Shown here piece by piece: positions 7,395 through 16,439 of a stretch of DNA of 36,786 nucleotides; position 1 is the first letter of the stretch, and each line of letters opens with the position of its first letter. This stretch comes from a virus (Duplodnaviria; Caudoviricetes). Where the stretch lies: the IMG/VR virus record IMGVR_UViG_3300012940_000056, positions 1 through 36,786 of that record; one strand, 5' to 3'. The notes under the pieces were generated by a model. The model did not search any database. It was not told the origin of the DNA and worked only from the letters and a program-made list of their open reading frames with translations. Both the position numbers and the translations under genes were made by a program.

Positions 7395-8742
7395 CCTTGC
7401 CGGTGTAGTTCGCGTTCGTTGAGAGGGCCATGTACTGCAAGCAGTCAACGATGTCGGACCACGGATGCGTTTTCTCAGGCTTCTCTTCCAGCTCAAGATT
7501 CTGCTTGCGCTTGTATCGGTAGTGAAACTTCATTGCCTGTACAAGCGTCGGGCAGTTCCCGCCGTCGATGAGCAACATCGGCCCGCCGTCGATCTGGCGA
7601 AGGAGCAGTTGCTCCACCGCACGGATGCGTGGCTCAAGATCATTCGTGGGGGCTCCATATACCTTGAACCCCAACCGCTTGAGAGCGTCGAAGGGCGATT
7701 CTTCCGTAACCTGTCCCTTATCCTTGCCCGTAGGGTCTGCGACCATGAACGACCCAAGCCCGGTGAAATGATTGAACATCAGTGGGCGCAGAGTGCTGGT
7801 TGCAAACTGTTCGATGCCCATGTCTACGGAAGTGGCTTCGTTGAAGATGAGCAGACGACCGCGATTATCCACTTGGCCTATGAGTGCGGCGGGAGTGCGG
7901 CCGAAATCCTGCCCGATCATCAGCGGCAGGCTTGGAATTGGCTTGAGCGGGTTGTACGTGACATGGAAGTCAGGCTTGAAGCTCGCCCGAAATACGGCCT
8001 GCCCCGAGAGGGACTTTCCGTATTTGGCGTGTACGTGGACATCTACCCAATCCGGGTTGTTGGATGCAATCAGGTCCTCGTAGTAACCGGGGGGAAGCCG
8101 CCCCGGTTCTTTGTTCTCCGCAGCGGGGTCCATACCTCCGGGCTGCTTGAAGAGCTTCCAAGTGGGCGGGCGCTCGATCTCTAGCTTGTTGTACCACTCA
8201 GAGTCTTCGTCGGGCGGGTTCGACTCGCCGATCACTCCATGCCATGCGTTGCCTTTCACGCCGATCGGCACGTAACGGCCGCAGCGACCGAGCAGTGCTT
8301 CCACCACACGAATTGGAATCTCACGAAACTCGCTGACCCATCCGCCTGTGATGTTCAGCGAGAGCAGGCGCTGTTGATCTTCCGGCTTGTCGAGCGGGAT
8401 GAGCATCCAGTCGGACTCGATGCGGCCCTGCGTTGGGTGGCTGAAGCGAAACTGTACCGTGGAATCAGTCACACGATACGTCATTGCTGGCGACAGCCAC
8501 TTGCGAATGTCTTCGAGGATCGTTTGACGGAGCTGTTGGGCGGTGTTTCGCACGACAACGAAGCGGGTCCGCCTCACGTTGTTCGCGTCGGGGAATTCCA
8601 TCATCGCCCGGCGCATCAGCTCCATGATGCAGCCGGTGGTTTTGCCCGATCCGTAAGGCCCGATGATCAATCGGACCTTCGAGTTGTCGAGCATGAAGTC
8701 TGTGATCGTCTTCGGCGCGTCGTAGTTGATGATGTTATTCAT
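7333..8742 (-). CDS. terL: terminase large subunit
   Basis: Walker A GPYGSGKT, VVVRNT..QL, Walker B-like GGWVSEFRE, coupling motif ESNPP, nuclease IGQDFGRTPA and SDIVDCLQY. Confidence 0.9.
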   Translation of the reverse strand: MNNIINYDAPKTITDFMLDNSKVRLIIGPYGSGKTTGCIMELMRRAMMEFPDANNVRRTRFVVVRNTAQQLRQTILEDIRKWLSPAMTYRVTDSTVQFRFSHPTQGRIESDWMLIPLDKPEDQQRLLSLNITGGWVSEFREIPIRVVEALLGRCGRYVPIGVKGNAWHGVIGESNPPDEDSEWYNKLEIERPPTWKLFKQPGGMDPAAENKEPGRLPPGYYEDLIASNNPDWVDVHVHAKYGKSLSGQAVFRASFKPDFHVTYNPLKPIPSLPLMIGQDFGRTPAALIGQVDNRGRLLIFNEATSVDMGIEQFATSTLRPLMFNHFTGLGSFMVADPTGKDKGQVTEESPFDALKRLGFKVYGAPTNDLEPRIRAVEQLLLRQIDGGPMLLIDGGNCPTLVQAMKFHYRYKRKQNLELEEKPEKTHPWSDIVDCLQYMALSTNANYTGKVMMDSRPRQRRPAPSAAGWT

Positions 8743-9247
8743 CGTCGTCCACCGGAGCGGGCAGGTTCTTTCCGTCGATCACCAGCTTCTCGCGACCGCC
8801 GAGATTGATGTTCAGTGTGAACCTGCCACCTGCCGGTGCGCCACCTTCGCCCTGCTTGGCGGTGCGCCCCGCGAGCTGCGCAAGCAGCTTGCCGGCATCG
8901 ATGCGCGCCTGCGCAGGCACGTCGGGATTGTGGATCATCGAGTCGTACGCCGGGATGGCGTCTTCGAGCACGATGTCCGCCTTCTTCTGGATGCGATTGC
9001 CTGCATTCAGGTCGCCGCGCAGCTCGCGAACCGCCTCCGCCAGCATGCGCCGAAACACCGGGGAAGCCTTCAGAACATCCCACTGCGCTTGGGAAATTCC
9101 GTAGCGCTCACGGACAGATGCAGCATCCGACAGCCCTGCCGCCAGCTCGGCCGCGATATGGGCATTGAGTGAGGAAAGATCGAGACTTGCGTCAGCTCCG
9201 GGGAGCTGGACGGCCGTTGAAGTCTTCCGGGTTGCCGGAGCACTCAT
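8735..9247 (-). CDS. putative terminase small subunit (170 aa, MSAPATRKTS...)
   Basis: Directly upstream of and overlapping terL; HTH-like N-terminal region, helical middle, C-terminal beta strand FTLNINL. Confidence 0.65.
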   Translation of the reverse strand: MSAPATRKTSTAVQLPGADASLDLSSLNAHIAAELAAGLSDAASVRERYGISQAQWDVLKASPVFRRMLAEAVRELRGDLNAGNRIQKKADIVLEDAIPAYDSMIHNPDVPAQARIDAGKLLAQLAGRTAKQGEGGAPAGGRFTLNINLGGREKLVIDGKNLPAPVDDDE

Positions 9248-9268
9248 TCGGTAATCCTGTGGTGTAGA

Positions 9269-9297
9269 TTGACGACACGACTGCCAAATAGTATATC
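9269..9297 (+). promoter_or_regulatory. candidate sigma70-like promoter for the portal operon, in the divergent terS/portal spacer
   Basis: TTGACG-17 nt-TATATC, followed by AAGGAG RBS (9312-9317). Confidence 0.4.
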
Positions 9298-9323
9298 CTC
9301 GCCGGAAAATCAAGGAGTTCCCT

Positions 9324-11435
9324 GTGACCCCAACAGCCATTCCGATTCCCTCGCGGCACGGCATGCTCCGTGTCGTCTCGAATCAGGAGATGATGGCTCA
9401 GGAACAGCAGGCCGCGAAGGACGCCGAGGCGTCTACCTCCGAGCCAGTCATCTCCGAGCTGGCGAGTCATATTCTCAAGCGCAAGATGGAGATGCGGAAC
9501 TTCCGCAACGCGGAGGGCATCGCGCAGCGCTTGATCGACGCACTCCGCACGTACAAGGGCCAGTACGATCCGGCCAAGCTCGCGGAGATCAAGAAGTTCG
9601 GCGGCAGTGAGGTCTACGCTCGCATCACGAGTACCAAATGTCGCGGAGCTACAGCTCTGCTGCGAGATGTGTATCTCGGCGCGGAGCGACCGTGGGATAT
9701 CGATCCCACACCTGTGCCAACAGTTCCCGACAACATTTACCAAGCGATCGATGAGCTGGTGAATGTAGAAGTTTCAACCCTCCAGCAAGCAGGCGAGACC
9801 GTGGATCAGCAGATGATCGCGGATCGCGTGCAGATGCTTCGCAAGGCAGCCGAGAAGGCGTCGAAGAAGCAGGCGGAGGAAGAGGCCGATCGCGCCGCGC
9901 AGCAGGTCGATGACATGCTCGTCGAGGGCGGCTTCTACGATGCGCTCGCCGAGTTCCTGATCGACCTCCCGATCTTCCCCTACGCTTGCATCAAAGGCCC
10001 GGTCGTGCGCCGCGAGCCGCAATTGAAGTGGGTCAACGGGCAGGCGCAGCTCGAACAGATTCCGAAGATGTTCTGGTATCGCGTGAGCCCCTTCGATCTC
10101 TACTGGTCGCCGGGTGCCGCGAATGTGCATCAGGCCGAGTTCATCGAGCGCATTCGTCTCACGCGCGCAGACCTACTCGCCGTGCGCGGCTTGCCGGGCT
10201 ACGACGATGCAGCGATCGATGAAGTGCTCGCGCGCTACCACGATCACGGCTTTCGCGAGTGGTGGGATGTCGTCGATCAGGAGCGTGCGCGACTCGAAGA
10301 TCGAGAGATGTGGCCGCGTTACGATGCTGGCTCGCTGATCGACACCGCCGAATACCACGGCAGCGTGAGCGGGCGCACACTGCGCGAGTGGGGCATGTCG
10401 GAAGCGGATGTGCCCGACCCGTTGCAGGAGTACAAGATTCAGGCGTGGCTCATCGATCGATTCGTCATCAAAGCGCAGATCAATCCTTCGCCGCGCCAGC
10501 GCGCTCCGTACTACATCAGCAACTTCGAGAAGATTCCCGGCACGATGGCAGGGTATGGTCTGCATGACCTGCTCGACGACATCCAGTCAGTCGGAAATGC
10601 TGCGATTCGCAGCCTCGTGAACAATCTCTCCATCGCGAGCGGCCCGCAGGTCGTGATCAACGATCAGGTGTTGCAGCCGGGCGAAGACGACAACCTGTAT
10701 CCGTGGAAGCGCTGGCATGTGTCGTTCGATCCGATGATCACCGGCACGTCGAAGCCGATCGATTTCTTCCAGCCCAACTCGAACACGCAGGAGCTGATGG
10801 CCGTTTACGAGAAGTTCTCGTTGATGGCTGATGAAGTCTCCGCGATCCCGCGCTACATGACGGGCAACGAGCGCGTCGGCGGTGCCGGGCGTACTGCGTC
10901 GGGACTCGCGATGCTGATGGGCAATGCGGCGAAGACGCTCCAGAACGTCGCCGCTTCAATCGATCGCGATGTGATGCGCCCGATGCTCGAAGGGCTCTAC
11001 GACATGATCATGCTCACGATGCCCGGCATGTTCCGAGGCGACGAACAGATTGTCGTGAAGGGTGTGAACTACGCCGTGAAGCGTGAGCAGGATCGCATGC
11101 GCCAGCTCGAATTCCTCCAGCTCACCGGCAACCCGCTCGACATGCAGATCGTCGGCATGGAAGGCCGCGCGAACGTGATTCGCTCCGTCGCTTCGAATCT
11201 CGGACTCGATCATGAACGCGTGGTGCCGGACGACGAGACGTTGCGTGCGCAACAGCAGGCCATGCAGATGCAGGCCCAAGCGCAAGCACAGGCGCAGGGT
11301 ACGGGGCAAGGCCCGAACGGGAACCAGCCGCGCCCGCAGGAAGGTCGCGCCGGCCCGGAGGCTGCGCGCGAGCAGGTCGAGGGCCAGATGTCGAACAACG
11401 CGACGGGCCGTCCGGGGATGCGCGCAGGTGGATAG
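9324..11435 (+). CDS. portal protein (703 aa)
   Basis: Size, position between terminase and scaffold/capsid; RVSPFDLY, DNL-like VNNLSIASGPQV, ADEVSAIPRY..G, RTASGLAML; Q/A-rich C-terminal tail. Confidence 0.85.
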   Translation: MTPTAIPIPSRHGMLRVVSNQEMMAQEQQAAKDAEASTSEPVISELASHILKRKMEMRNFRNAEGIAQRLIDALRTYKGQYDPAKLAEIKKFGGSEVYARITSTKCRGATALLRDVYLGAERPWDIDPTPVPTVPDNIYQAIDELVNVEVSTLQQAGETVDQQMIADRVQMLRKAAEKASKKQAEEEADRAAQQVDDMLVEGGFYDALAEFLIDLPIFPYACIKGPVVRREPQLKWVNGQAQLEQIPKMFWYRVSPFDLYWSPGAANVHQAEFIERIRLTRADLLAVRGLPGYDDAAIDEVLARYHDHGFREWWDVVDQERARLEDREMWPRYDAGSLIDTAEYHGSVSGRTLREWGMSEADVPDPLQEYKIQAWLIDRFVIKAQINPSPRQRAPYYISNFEKIPGTMAGYGLHDLLDDIQSVGNAAIRSLVNNLSIASGPQVVINDQVLQPGEDDNLYPWKRWHVSFDPMITGTSKPIDFFQPNSNTQELMAVYEKFSLMADEVSAIPRYMTGNERVGGAGRTASGLAMLMGNAAKTLQNVAASIDRDVMRPMLEGLYDMIMLTMPGMFRGDEQIVVKGVNYAVKREQDRMRQLEFLQLTGNPLDMQIVGMEGRANVIRSVASNLGLDHERVVPDDETLRAQQQAMQMQAQAQAQAQGTGQGPNGNQPRPQEGRAGPEAAREQVEGQMSNNATGRPGMRAGG

Positions 11436-11613
11436 GAACCATACAGCGCCGTTTACCAAACGTGGGCCACGCGCAGCTCGCGCGGCCAACCGGGACGCAC
11501 TCGCGCTTGTGGAAACCGAGTGTGAAAAGTACGTCCGCGAGAAGATGAAGCCCGAGCTGGTTCGGGCGGCGCGGCAGGCTCAGGCCGGATTCAGACGCCA
11601 GACGGGGAGGTGA
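11428..11613 (+). CDS. hypothetical basic protein (61 aa, GTG start)
   Basis: Fills the gap between the portal and the next gene; 3' part of track ORF 11212..11613; weak RBS. Confidence 0.4.
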   Translation: MDRNHTAPFTKRGPRAARAANRDALALVETECEKYVREKMKPELVRAARQAQAGFRRQTGR

Positions 11614-11614
11614 T

Positions 11615-11794
11615 ATGCGCAGGACACACAAGTATGCAGACGGCGGGAAGGTCGTAAAAGACCACACGACTCCCAAGAAGCCGGTAGCTCCCAAGCAGCC
11701 GAAGCCTGCCGATCTCGGCACGGGCATGGCCGCGAAGGCTGCCGACACGCTCGCCAACAAGCGGAAGAAGCAGATGGAAGACTTGGGCTTGTAG
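11615..11794 (+). CDS. small Lys/Pro-rich protein (59 aa) carrying a YADGG motif
   Basis: Not in the track (<60 aa). Strong GGAGGT RBS; MRRTHKYADGGKVVKDHTTPKKPVAPKQPKPADLGTGMAAKAADTLANKRKKQMEDLGL. Confidence 0.7.
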   Translation: MRRTHKYADGGKVVKDHTTPKKPVAPKQPKPADLGTGMAAKAADTLANKRKKQMEDLGL

Positions 11795-11854
11795 CTTCGT
11801 CCAAGTTTTTGCTATACGCTTTCAGAAGCTACACCACACGTGTAGGAGACTGTG

Positions 11855-12076
11855 ATGAGCATCAGCGGCAAGTTTCTAGGAGACACGAAGGGCAACCGCG
11901 ATCTCCACTGCAACCTGAGCACGGGCTCGGGCGGTGGCAGCGGTGAGTCCCATTCGGGCTCCCCGTCGGGGAAGTTCCTCGGCGAAACGAAGGGCAACCG
12001 CGATCTGCCGATCAACCGCTCCAGCGGTACGGGCGGCGGCGCGGGCGGCAAGTACAAGGCGGGCGGAGCGAACTGA
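11855..12076 (+). CDS. small Gly/Ser-rich protein with a duplicated 14-aa motif
   Basis: AGGAG RBS; SGKFLG[DE]TKGNRDL twice with synonymous divergence; alternative GTG start at 11852. Confidence 0.75.
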   Translation: MSISGKFLGDTKGNRDLHCNLSTGSGGGSGESHSGSPSGKFLGETKGNRDLPINRSSGTGGGAGGKYKAGGAN

Positions 12077-12321
12077 TGAAGCAGGGACCCACAATCGGGC
12101 GCGTGGTGCTTTACACGCTCGTTGGTACCGAAGCGGACATCAATGGTGCCCGTCAGTTTCCGGCGATCGTCGTGAAAGCGTGGAGCGCCGATTGTGTGAA
12201 CCTGCGCGTCTTCGCCGATGACGACAAGCCGCCGCTTCATCGTACGAGCGTGTGCGAGCGCGGCCCGCACAACGAACAGTACGGCGGCTATTGGGAATGG
12301 CCGGTGAGGATTCCGACATGA
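12076..12321 (+). CDS. hypothetical phage protein (81 aa; PTIGRVVLY...PAIVV...VNL.VF)
   Basis: TGATG coupling, GGAG RBS, small beta-rich phage-like protein. Confidence 0.75.
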   Translation: MKQGPTIGRVVLYTLVGTEADINGARQFPAIVVKAWSADCVNLRVFADDDKPPLHRTSVCERGPHNEQYGGYWEWPVRIPT

Positions 12322-12524
12322 GCAAGAAGACGCAGCGGGTCGTGACGACGAAAAATTTGTCCGGCCTCGGCGGCGTCTACGACGTGTCATTCGGTGACGC
12401 GCCGCCCGAACGCCGCGAACAGGGTGACTACAGCAAGGCGGGCATCTCGCACGCAGAGTCGGATACGTTCGACGACTACCGCGAGAAGCAGGAGCGCTGG
12501 AACAAGAGCTTCGGAACGCTGTGA
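12318..12524 (+). CDS. hypothetical protein (68 aa, MSKKTQRVV...)
   Basis: GAGG RBS, ATGA/GTGA coupling at both ends. Confidence 0.65.
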   Translation: MSKKTQRVVTTKNLSGLGGVYDVSFGDAPPERREQGDYSKAGISHAESDTFDDYREKQERWNKSFGTL

Positions 12525-12766
12525 AGGTCACACCGAAAATCGCTGAAGCGCTAGTGAACCTGCGGGGCAACCGCGACTTCACAACCGTATTGGAGGGTCT
12601 GAAGGAACACGAGCAAGAAGAGACACAGCGCTGCGTGGACGGCGAAGGAGCGATTCAGCTCCGCGCGTCCGGTGCCGTGAAGGCACTGAAGTGGTGGCGC
12701 GACGCCTTCGAGCAGGCTCCCAAGGACTTCGAGAAATTCAAGAACCAACCTCAGCAGGGTAAGTGA
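12521..12766 (+). CDS. hypothetical head-region protein (81 aa)
   Basis: Coupled to its neighbours; small helical protein immediately before the scaffold, as is common in podoviruses. Confidence 0.7.
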   Translation: MKVTPKIAEALVNLRGNRDFTTVLEGLKEHEQEETQRCVDGEGAIQLRASGAVKALKWWRDAFEQAPKDFEKFKNQPQQGK

Positions 12767-12774
12767 GAACACGC

Positions 12775-13881
12775 ATGAGCGCTCTCCCGAAAGCAGTCCG
12801 CGCACAGGTCGAGAAGGCCAATCAGATCGCCGAGCAGTATTACAAGGGCGTGCAGCAGCCTCCGGCTGGTGATCCGCCTGCGAATCCTCCGGCTGGTGAT
12901 CCGCCTGCGAATCCTCCGGCTGGTGATCCGCCTGCGAATCCTCCGGCTGCATCGGGCGAGCCGCCCGCGAATCCTCCGGCCGCGAATCCTCCGGCCGCGA
13001 ATCCGCCGCAGGAAGGGTGGGAGCAGAAGTACAAAGTCCTGCAAGGCAAGTACAACGCGGAAGTGCCGCGCTTGCAGCGTCAGGTCCAAGAACAGACTGA
13101 GCAGCTTCGTGATATGCGGCAGCAACTGACCGCGACACAGAATCTGCTTGCCTCGCTTAGCGCACAGCGGGAGTCTGCGCCCGCTGCGTCTACGCCGGCC
13201 ACGCCGCCGGCCGCGACGAAGCTCGTTAAAGACGAGGAAGTCAGGGAGTTCGGAGCAGACTTGATCGATGTCATGCGGCGCGTGGTGCGCGAAGAGCACG
13301 CCACTCTGTTGCCGGAGATCGATCGTCGCGTCGCTCCCATTGCACAGCGTGTCGATCAGGTGGCGCAAGTCACTCAGCAGGTCGGCGCACGTGTAGCGCA
13401 GAACGATCAGCAGTCAGTGCTCTCCATGTTGGCTTCGGCAGTGCCGAACTGGCAGGAGCTGAACGAGGACCCCGGTTTTCTGGAATGGCTCGATCAAGTC
13501 GATCCGTTCTCCGGGCAGCAGCGCGGAGCACTGTTGAAACAGGCGTACAAGGCCCACGATGGTTCCCGCGTCGTGGCGTTCTTCTCGGGCTACCTGAAGG
13601 AACACGCGGCTGTAAATCCACCGTCTGCTCCTGCTCCCGCCGCTGCCGCCGCTTCTGCGCCGGCACCACAGCGGAAGCTGGAACAGTTCGTGGCCCCCGG
13701 CACACCGAAGACCGGGGCGGCAAGCACTCAAGATGGGTCCGGTAAGCGGGTTTGGACACGCGCCGAAATCGGCAAGTTCTACGCCGATCTTCAAGCAGGC
13801 CGCTTCAAGGGCAGTGCGGAAGAGCGGAAGAAGATCGAGGCCGACATCTTCGCAGCTCAGCGCGAAGGGCGCATTCGCTAA
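12775..13881 (+). CDS. capsid scaffolding protein
   Basis: Directly upstream of the MCP; Pro/Ala-rich disordered segments, coiled coil WEQKYKVLQGKYNAEVPRL, C-terminal IFAAQREGRI; alternative GTG start at 12763. Confidence 0.8.
   Translation: MSALPKAVRAQVEKANQIAEQYYKGVQQPPAGDPPANPPAGDPPANPPAGDPPANPPAASGEPPANPPAANPPAANPPQEGWEQKYKVLQGKYNAEVPRLQRQVQEQTEQLRDMRQQLTATQNLLASLSAQRESAPAASTPATPPAATKLVKDEEVREFGADLIDVMRRVVREEHATLLPEIDRRVAPIAQRVDQVAQVTQQVGARVAQNDQQSVLSMLASAVPNWQELNEDPGFLEWLDQVDPFSGQQRGALLKQAYKAHDGSRVVAFFSGYLKEHAAVNPPSAPAPAAAAASAPAPQRKLEQFVAPGTPKTGAASTQDGSGKRVWTRAEIGKFYADLQAGRFKGSAEERKKIEADIFAAQREGRIR
12859..13002 (+). repeat. in-frame tandem repeats in the scaffold gene: 3 x 27 bp (PPAGDPPAN) then 2 x 15 bp (PPAAN)
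   Basis: CCTCCGGCTGGTGATCCGCCTGCGAAT at 12859, 12886 and 12913; CCTCCGGCCGCGAAT at 12973 and 12988. Confidence 0.95.
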
Positions 13882-13905
13882 CCGTTCTCTGAAGGAGTAC
13901 AAGCC

Positions 13906-14889
13906 ATGTCGTTTCCAGTAGGCGCACCGTGGGCGGGCAGTACCCCGAACCCGGCGTACGCTGGCATCTTCATTCCCGAAATCTGGTCGGGGAAGCTGCT
14001 GGAGAAGTTCTACGCCGCCACGATCCTCGCGGCCATCGCGAACACCGACTACGAAGGTGAGATCAAGAACAAGGGTGACACGGTTCACATCCGCACGCGC
14101 CCGACCATCACGATCGCGGACTACGAGACCGATCAGGACCTCGTGATCCAGCGTCCGTCGAGCAACATGATCGATCTCACGATCGATCAGGCGAAGTATT
14201 TCAACCTCGCGCTCGACGACGTGATGGAAGTCCAGTCGGACCTCGACCTCATGAGCATGTGGGCCGAGGATGCGTCCGAGCAGATGAAGATCGCCGTCGA
14301 TACCGATGTGCTCGCCTATCTCGGCACCACGTCGGACATCCACGCTGCCAACCGTGGCAACACGGCCGGCGCAATCTCGGCGAACATTCGGTTGGGTACG
14401 TCGGCTTCCCCGTTGTACATCAACAAGACGGAACAGGGCACCGGCGACGGTTCTTCGACTTCCAACGATCAGTCCGTCATTGACTTCATCGTCAACGCTG
14501 GTCAGGTGCTCGACGAGCAGAACATCCCCGAAACGGGTCGCTGGATGGCGATTCCGGCGTGGATGGCCGCGATGATCAAGAAGTCGGACCTGAAGGACGC
14601 CTCCCTCGCGGGCGACGGTACTTCGATCCTGCGCAACGGTCGTCTCGGCATGATCGATCGGTTCACGCTGTATCTGTCGAACCTGCTGCCCACGTTGGAC
14701 TCGGCCGTGGATACCACGTCCGTGTTCTTCGGCACGAAGGCGGCGCTCACGTTCGCAGCACAGTTCACCAAGATGGAGACGATCCGCTCCGAGCGGTCGT
14801 TCTCCAACCTGCTCCGTGGCCTTCAGGTCTACGGATTCCGGGTGGTGAACGGTGTCGCGATCGGTCGCGCTGTCGTCGCACGGGGCTGA
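13906..14889 (+). CDS. major capsid protein (327 aa)
   Basis: AAGGAG RBS; FIPEIWSGKLL, NTDYEGEI..KGDTV.I, L.IDQAKYF, LDEQNIPETGRW, GL.VYG..V; strongly biased codons; followed by a hairpin. Confidence 0.92.
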   Translation: MSFPVGAPWAGSTPNPAYAGIFIPEIWSGKLLEKFYAATILAAIANTDYEGEIKNKGDTVHIRTRPTITIADYETDQDLVIQRPSSNMIDLTIDQAKYFNLALDDVMEVQSDLDLMSMWAEDASEQMKIAVDTDVLAYLGTTSDIHAANRGNTAGAISANIRLGTSASPLYINKTEQGTGDGSSTSNDQSVIDFIVNAGQVLDEQNIPETGRWMAIPAWMAAMIKKSDLKDASLAGDGTSILRNGRLGMIDRFTLYLSNLLPTLDSAVDTTSVFFGTKAALTFAAQFTKMETIRSERSFSNLLRGLQVYGFRVVNGVAIGRAVVARG

Positions 14890-14903
14890 TCCCCTGTGAT
14901 CTT

Positions 14904-14937
14904 ACTCCCGCTGGTCTAACGGCCAGCGGGAGTTCTT
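14904..14937 (+). terminator. intrinsic terminator after the MCP gene (short U-tract, probably leaky)
   Basis: ACTCCCGCTGG...CCAGCGGGAGT 11-bp stem followed by TCTT. Confidence 0.65.
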
Positions 14938-14949
14938 GACGGGGGCAGC

Positions 14950-15360
14950 ATGGCGAAGACATGGCAAGACGTAATCGATGAAGCCCGTGTCATTTTGCAG
15001 GATACCGACAGCCCGTTCCGGTACAGCAACACGGTCCTTCTCGCGAAACTGAATCGTGGGCTGCAAGAGCTTGCGCGCTTGCGGCCGGATGCGTTTTGGG
15101 ACTTCTTCGACTCCGACGACATCGTAGTCCCTGAGATCGTCGTCTTCGATGTCGATCCCGACGACGAGCCACAGCAGTTCAATCCAGAAGAAGACGGGCA
15201 GATCGCGCTCACCGAAGAATTCAACATCCCGATGATGTTCTATACACCGCTGGTGTATTGGGTGTCGTCGAGCGCGGAGCTGGTTGACGACGAGTTCACC
15301 AACGACGGGCGCGTGATGGCGCTCCAGAATCAATTCAAGACGATGGTGGTGTCGCTGTGA
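14950..15360 (+). CDS. putative head-tail adaptor protein
   Basis: Follows the MCP; I..AR.ILQD....RY....L...LN.G..EL..LRPDA pattern. Confidence 0.65.
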   Translation: MAKTWQDVIDEARVILQDTDSPFRYSNTVLLAKLNRGLQELARLRPDAFWDFFDSDDIVVPEIVVFDVDPDDEPQQFNPEEDGQIALTEEFNIPMMFYTPLVYWVSSSAELVDDEFTNDGRVMALQNQFKTMVVSL

Positions 15361-16025
15361 GCACGAGCAATATCACCGTAGAAGGCTCGGGGAACGAGTG
15401 TGATGTGAAGCTCGATACGTGGCTTCGCGACATGCTTCCCGTGACGCCCGGCTGCTTGCCGAAGGTGCGCAAACGAGCGCTCATCCTCGCCTGCCGCGAG
15501 TTCTTCGAGCAGAGTGCGACGTGGCGCGTGACGATCGGCCCGAAGAAGCTCGTCGCCTTCAAGAAGCGCTACTACCTCTCGCCATACGATGCGTACGCCA
15601 ACGTCGTGCGCGTGCTGAGCGTTGAGTACGATGGCATCCCGCTGCGCCCGCTTGCGCGTCGTCCGGCCGGGCGCGAGCCGGAGGCGCGCAACCCGACGCA
15701 CTACTACCTCGAAGGCCCGGATCAGGTCCGCTTGTGGCCGCAGTCGAACATCGACCAAGAGGCGATGCTGACGTTCTTCGTCGCACTCACTCCGAAGCAG
15801 TCGGTCACGCACTTGCCGCGCATCGCTGCCAGCCACTACTACGACGCGATCTACGATGGAGCCGTTGGGCGACTGTTTTCTCAGCCTGCGAAAGCCTACT
15901 CCGATCCGATGCGGGCGCAGTACCACTTGAATCGTTTCCGCGCAGCGATCGGAAAGTACGCGGCGCAGGCGAAGGGCGGTTTCGCAGGGGCACCTTCGTG
16001 GTCGTATCCGAAGTTCGGGAAGTGA
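15357..16025 (+). CDS. putative adaptor / tail tubular protein A-like
   Basis: Position and size; VTPGC...A..ACREFF..S..WR, AI.DGA..RL..QP.K.YSDP..A. Confidence 0.6.
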   Translation: MSTSNITVEGSGNECDVKLDTWLRDMLPVTPGCLPKVRKRALILACREFFEQSATWRVTIGPKKLVAFKKRYYLSPYDAYANVVRVLSVEYDGIPLRPLARRPAGREPEARNPTHYYLEGPDQVRLWPQSNIDQEAMLTFFVALTPKQSVTHLPRIAASHYYDAIYDGAVGRLFSQPAKAYSDPMRAQYHLNRFRAAIGKYAAQAKGGFAGAPSWSYPKFGK

Positions 16026-16028
16026 GCG

Positions 16029-16439
16029 GTGCAGAGCCAACTCTATCCATACGCTCGCGAGTTGTTCGCGACACAGCAGCTTAGCTGGATCACTGGTGTC
16101 TGGCGCGGGCTGCTGTTGCCCATTAGTTACGTCCCCAACTTCTCCAACCAGTTCCTGAGCAACATCACGCCCGGCGTGCGTGTCGCCATCTCAGAAGAGA
16201 TCGGCGGCAAAACGGCCACGAATGGCATTTGCTCGGGGAATCATGTGAGGTTCCCCCTGCTGTTCGACAACCGCTTCATCTCGCAGGCGATCATCTTTCG
16301 AGATACAGGTGACGAGGCTACTTCGCCACTTGTCGCGTATATCGGAGACGATGACCTCGTGAATGATCCGTTCCAAGCGCTCGGGCTGGATTACTACATC
16401 TACCCGAACATCGTGGAAGGGGGATTCTTCCGGCTATGA
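16029..16439 (+). CDS. virion structural protein (hypothetical)
   Basis: Within the coupled structural operon; beta-rich. Confidence 0.6.
   Translation: MQSQLYPYARELFATQQLSWITGVWRGLLLPISYVPNFSNQFLSNITPGVRVAISEEIGGKTATNGICSGNHVRFPLLFDNRFISQAIIFRDTGDEATSPLVAYIGDDDLVNDPFQALGLDYYIYPNIVEGGFFRL

Noticed and set aside
8735-9364. 209-aa version of terS given in the ORF track
   Set aside because: It would overlap the portal start and the divergent promoter spacer; ATG at 9247 with AGGA upstream is more plausible.
12562-12580. GGGCAACCGCGA (GNRD) also present in the 11855 repeat protein
   Set aside because: Only a 4-aa / 12-nt match in a different context; likely chance.
12859-13002. Direct repeats as a possible CRISPR array
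   Set aside because: The units are contiguous with no spacers and are in frame within the scaffold CDS.
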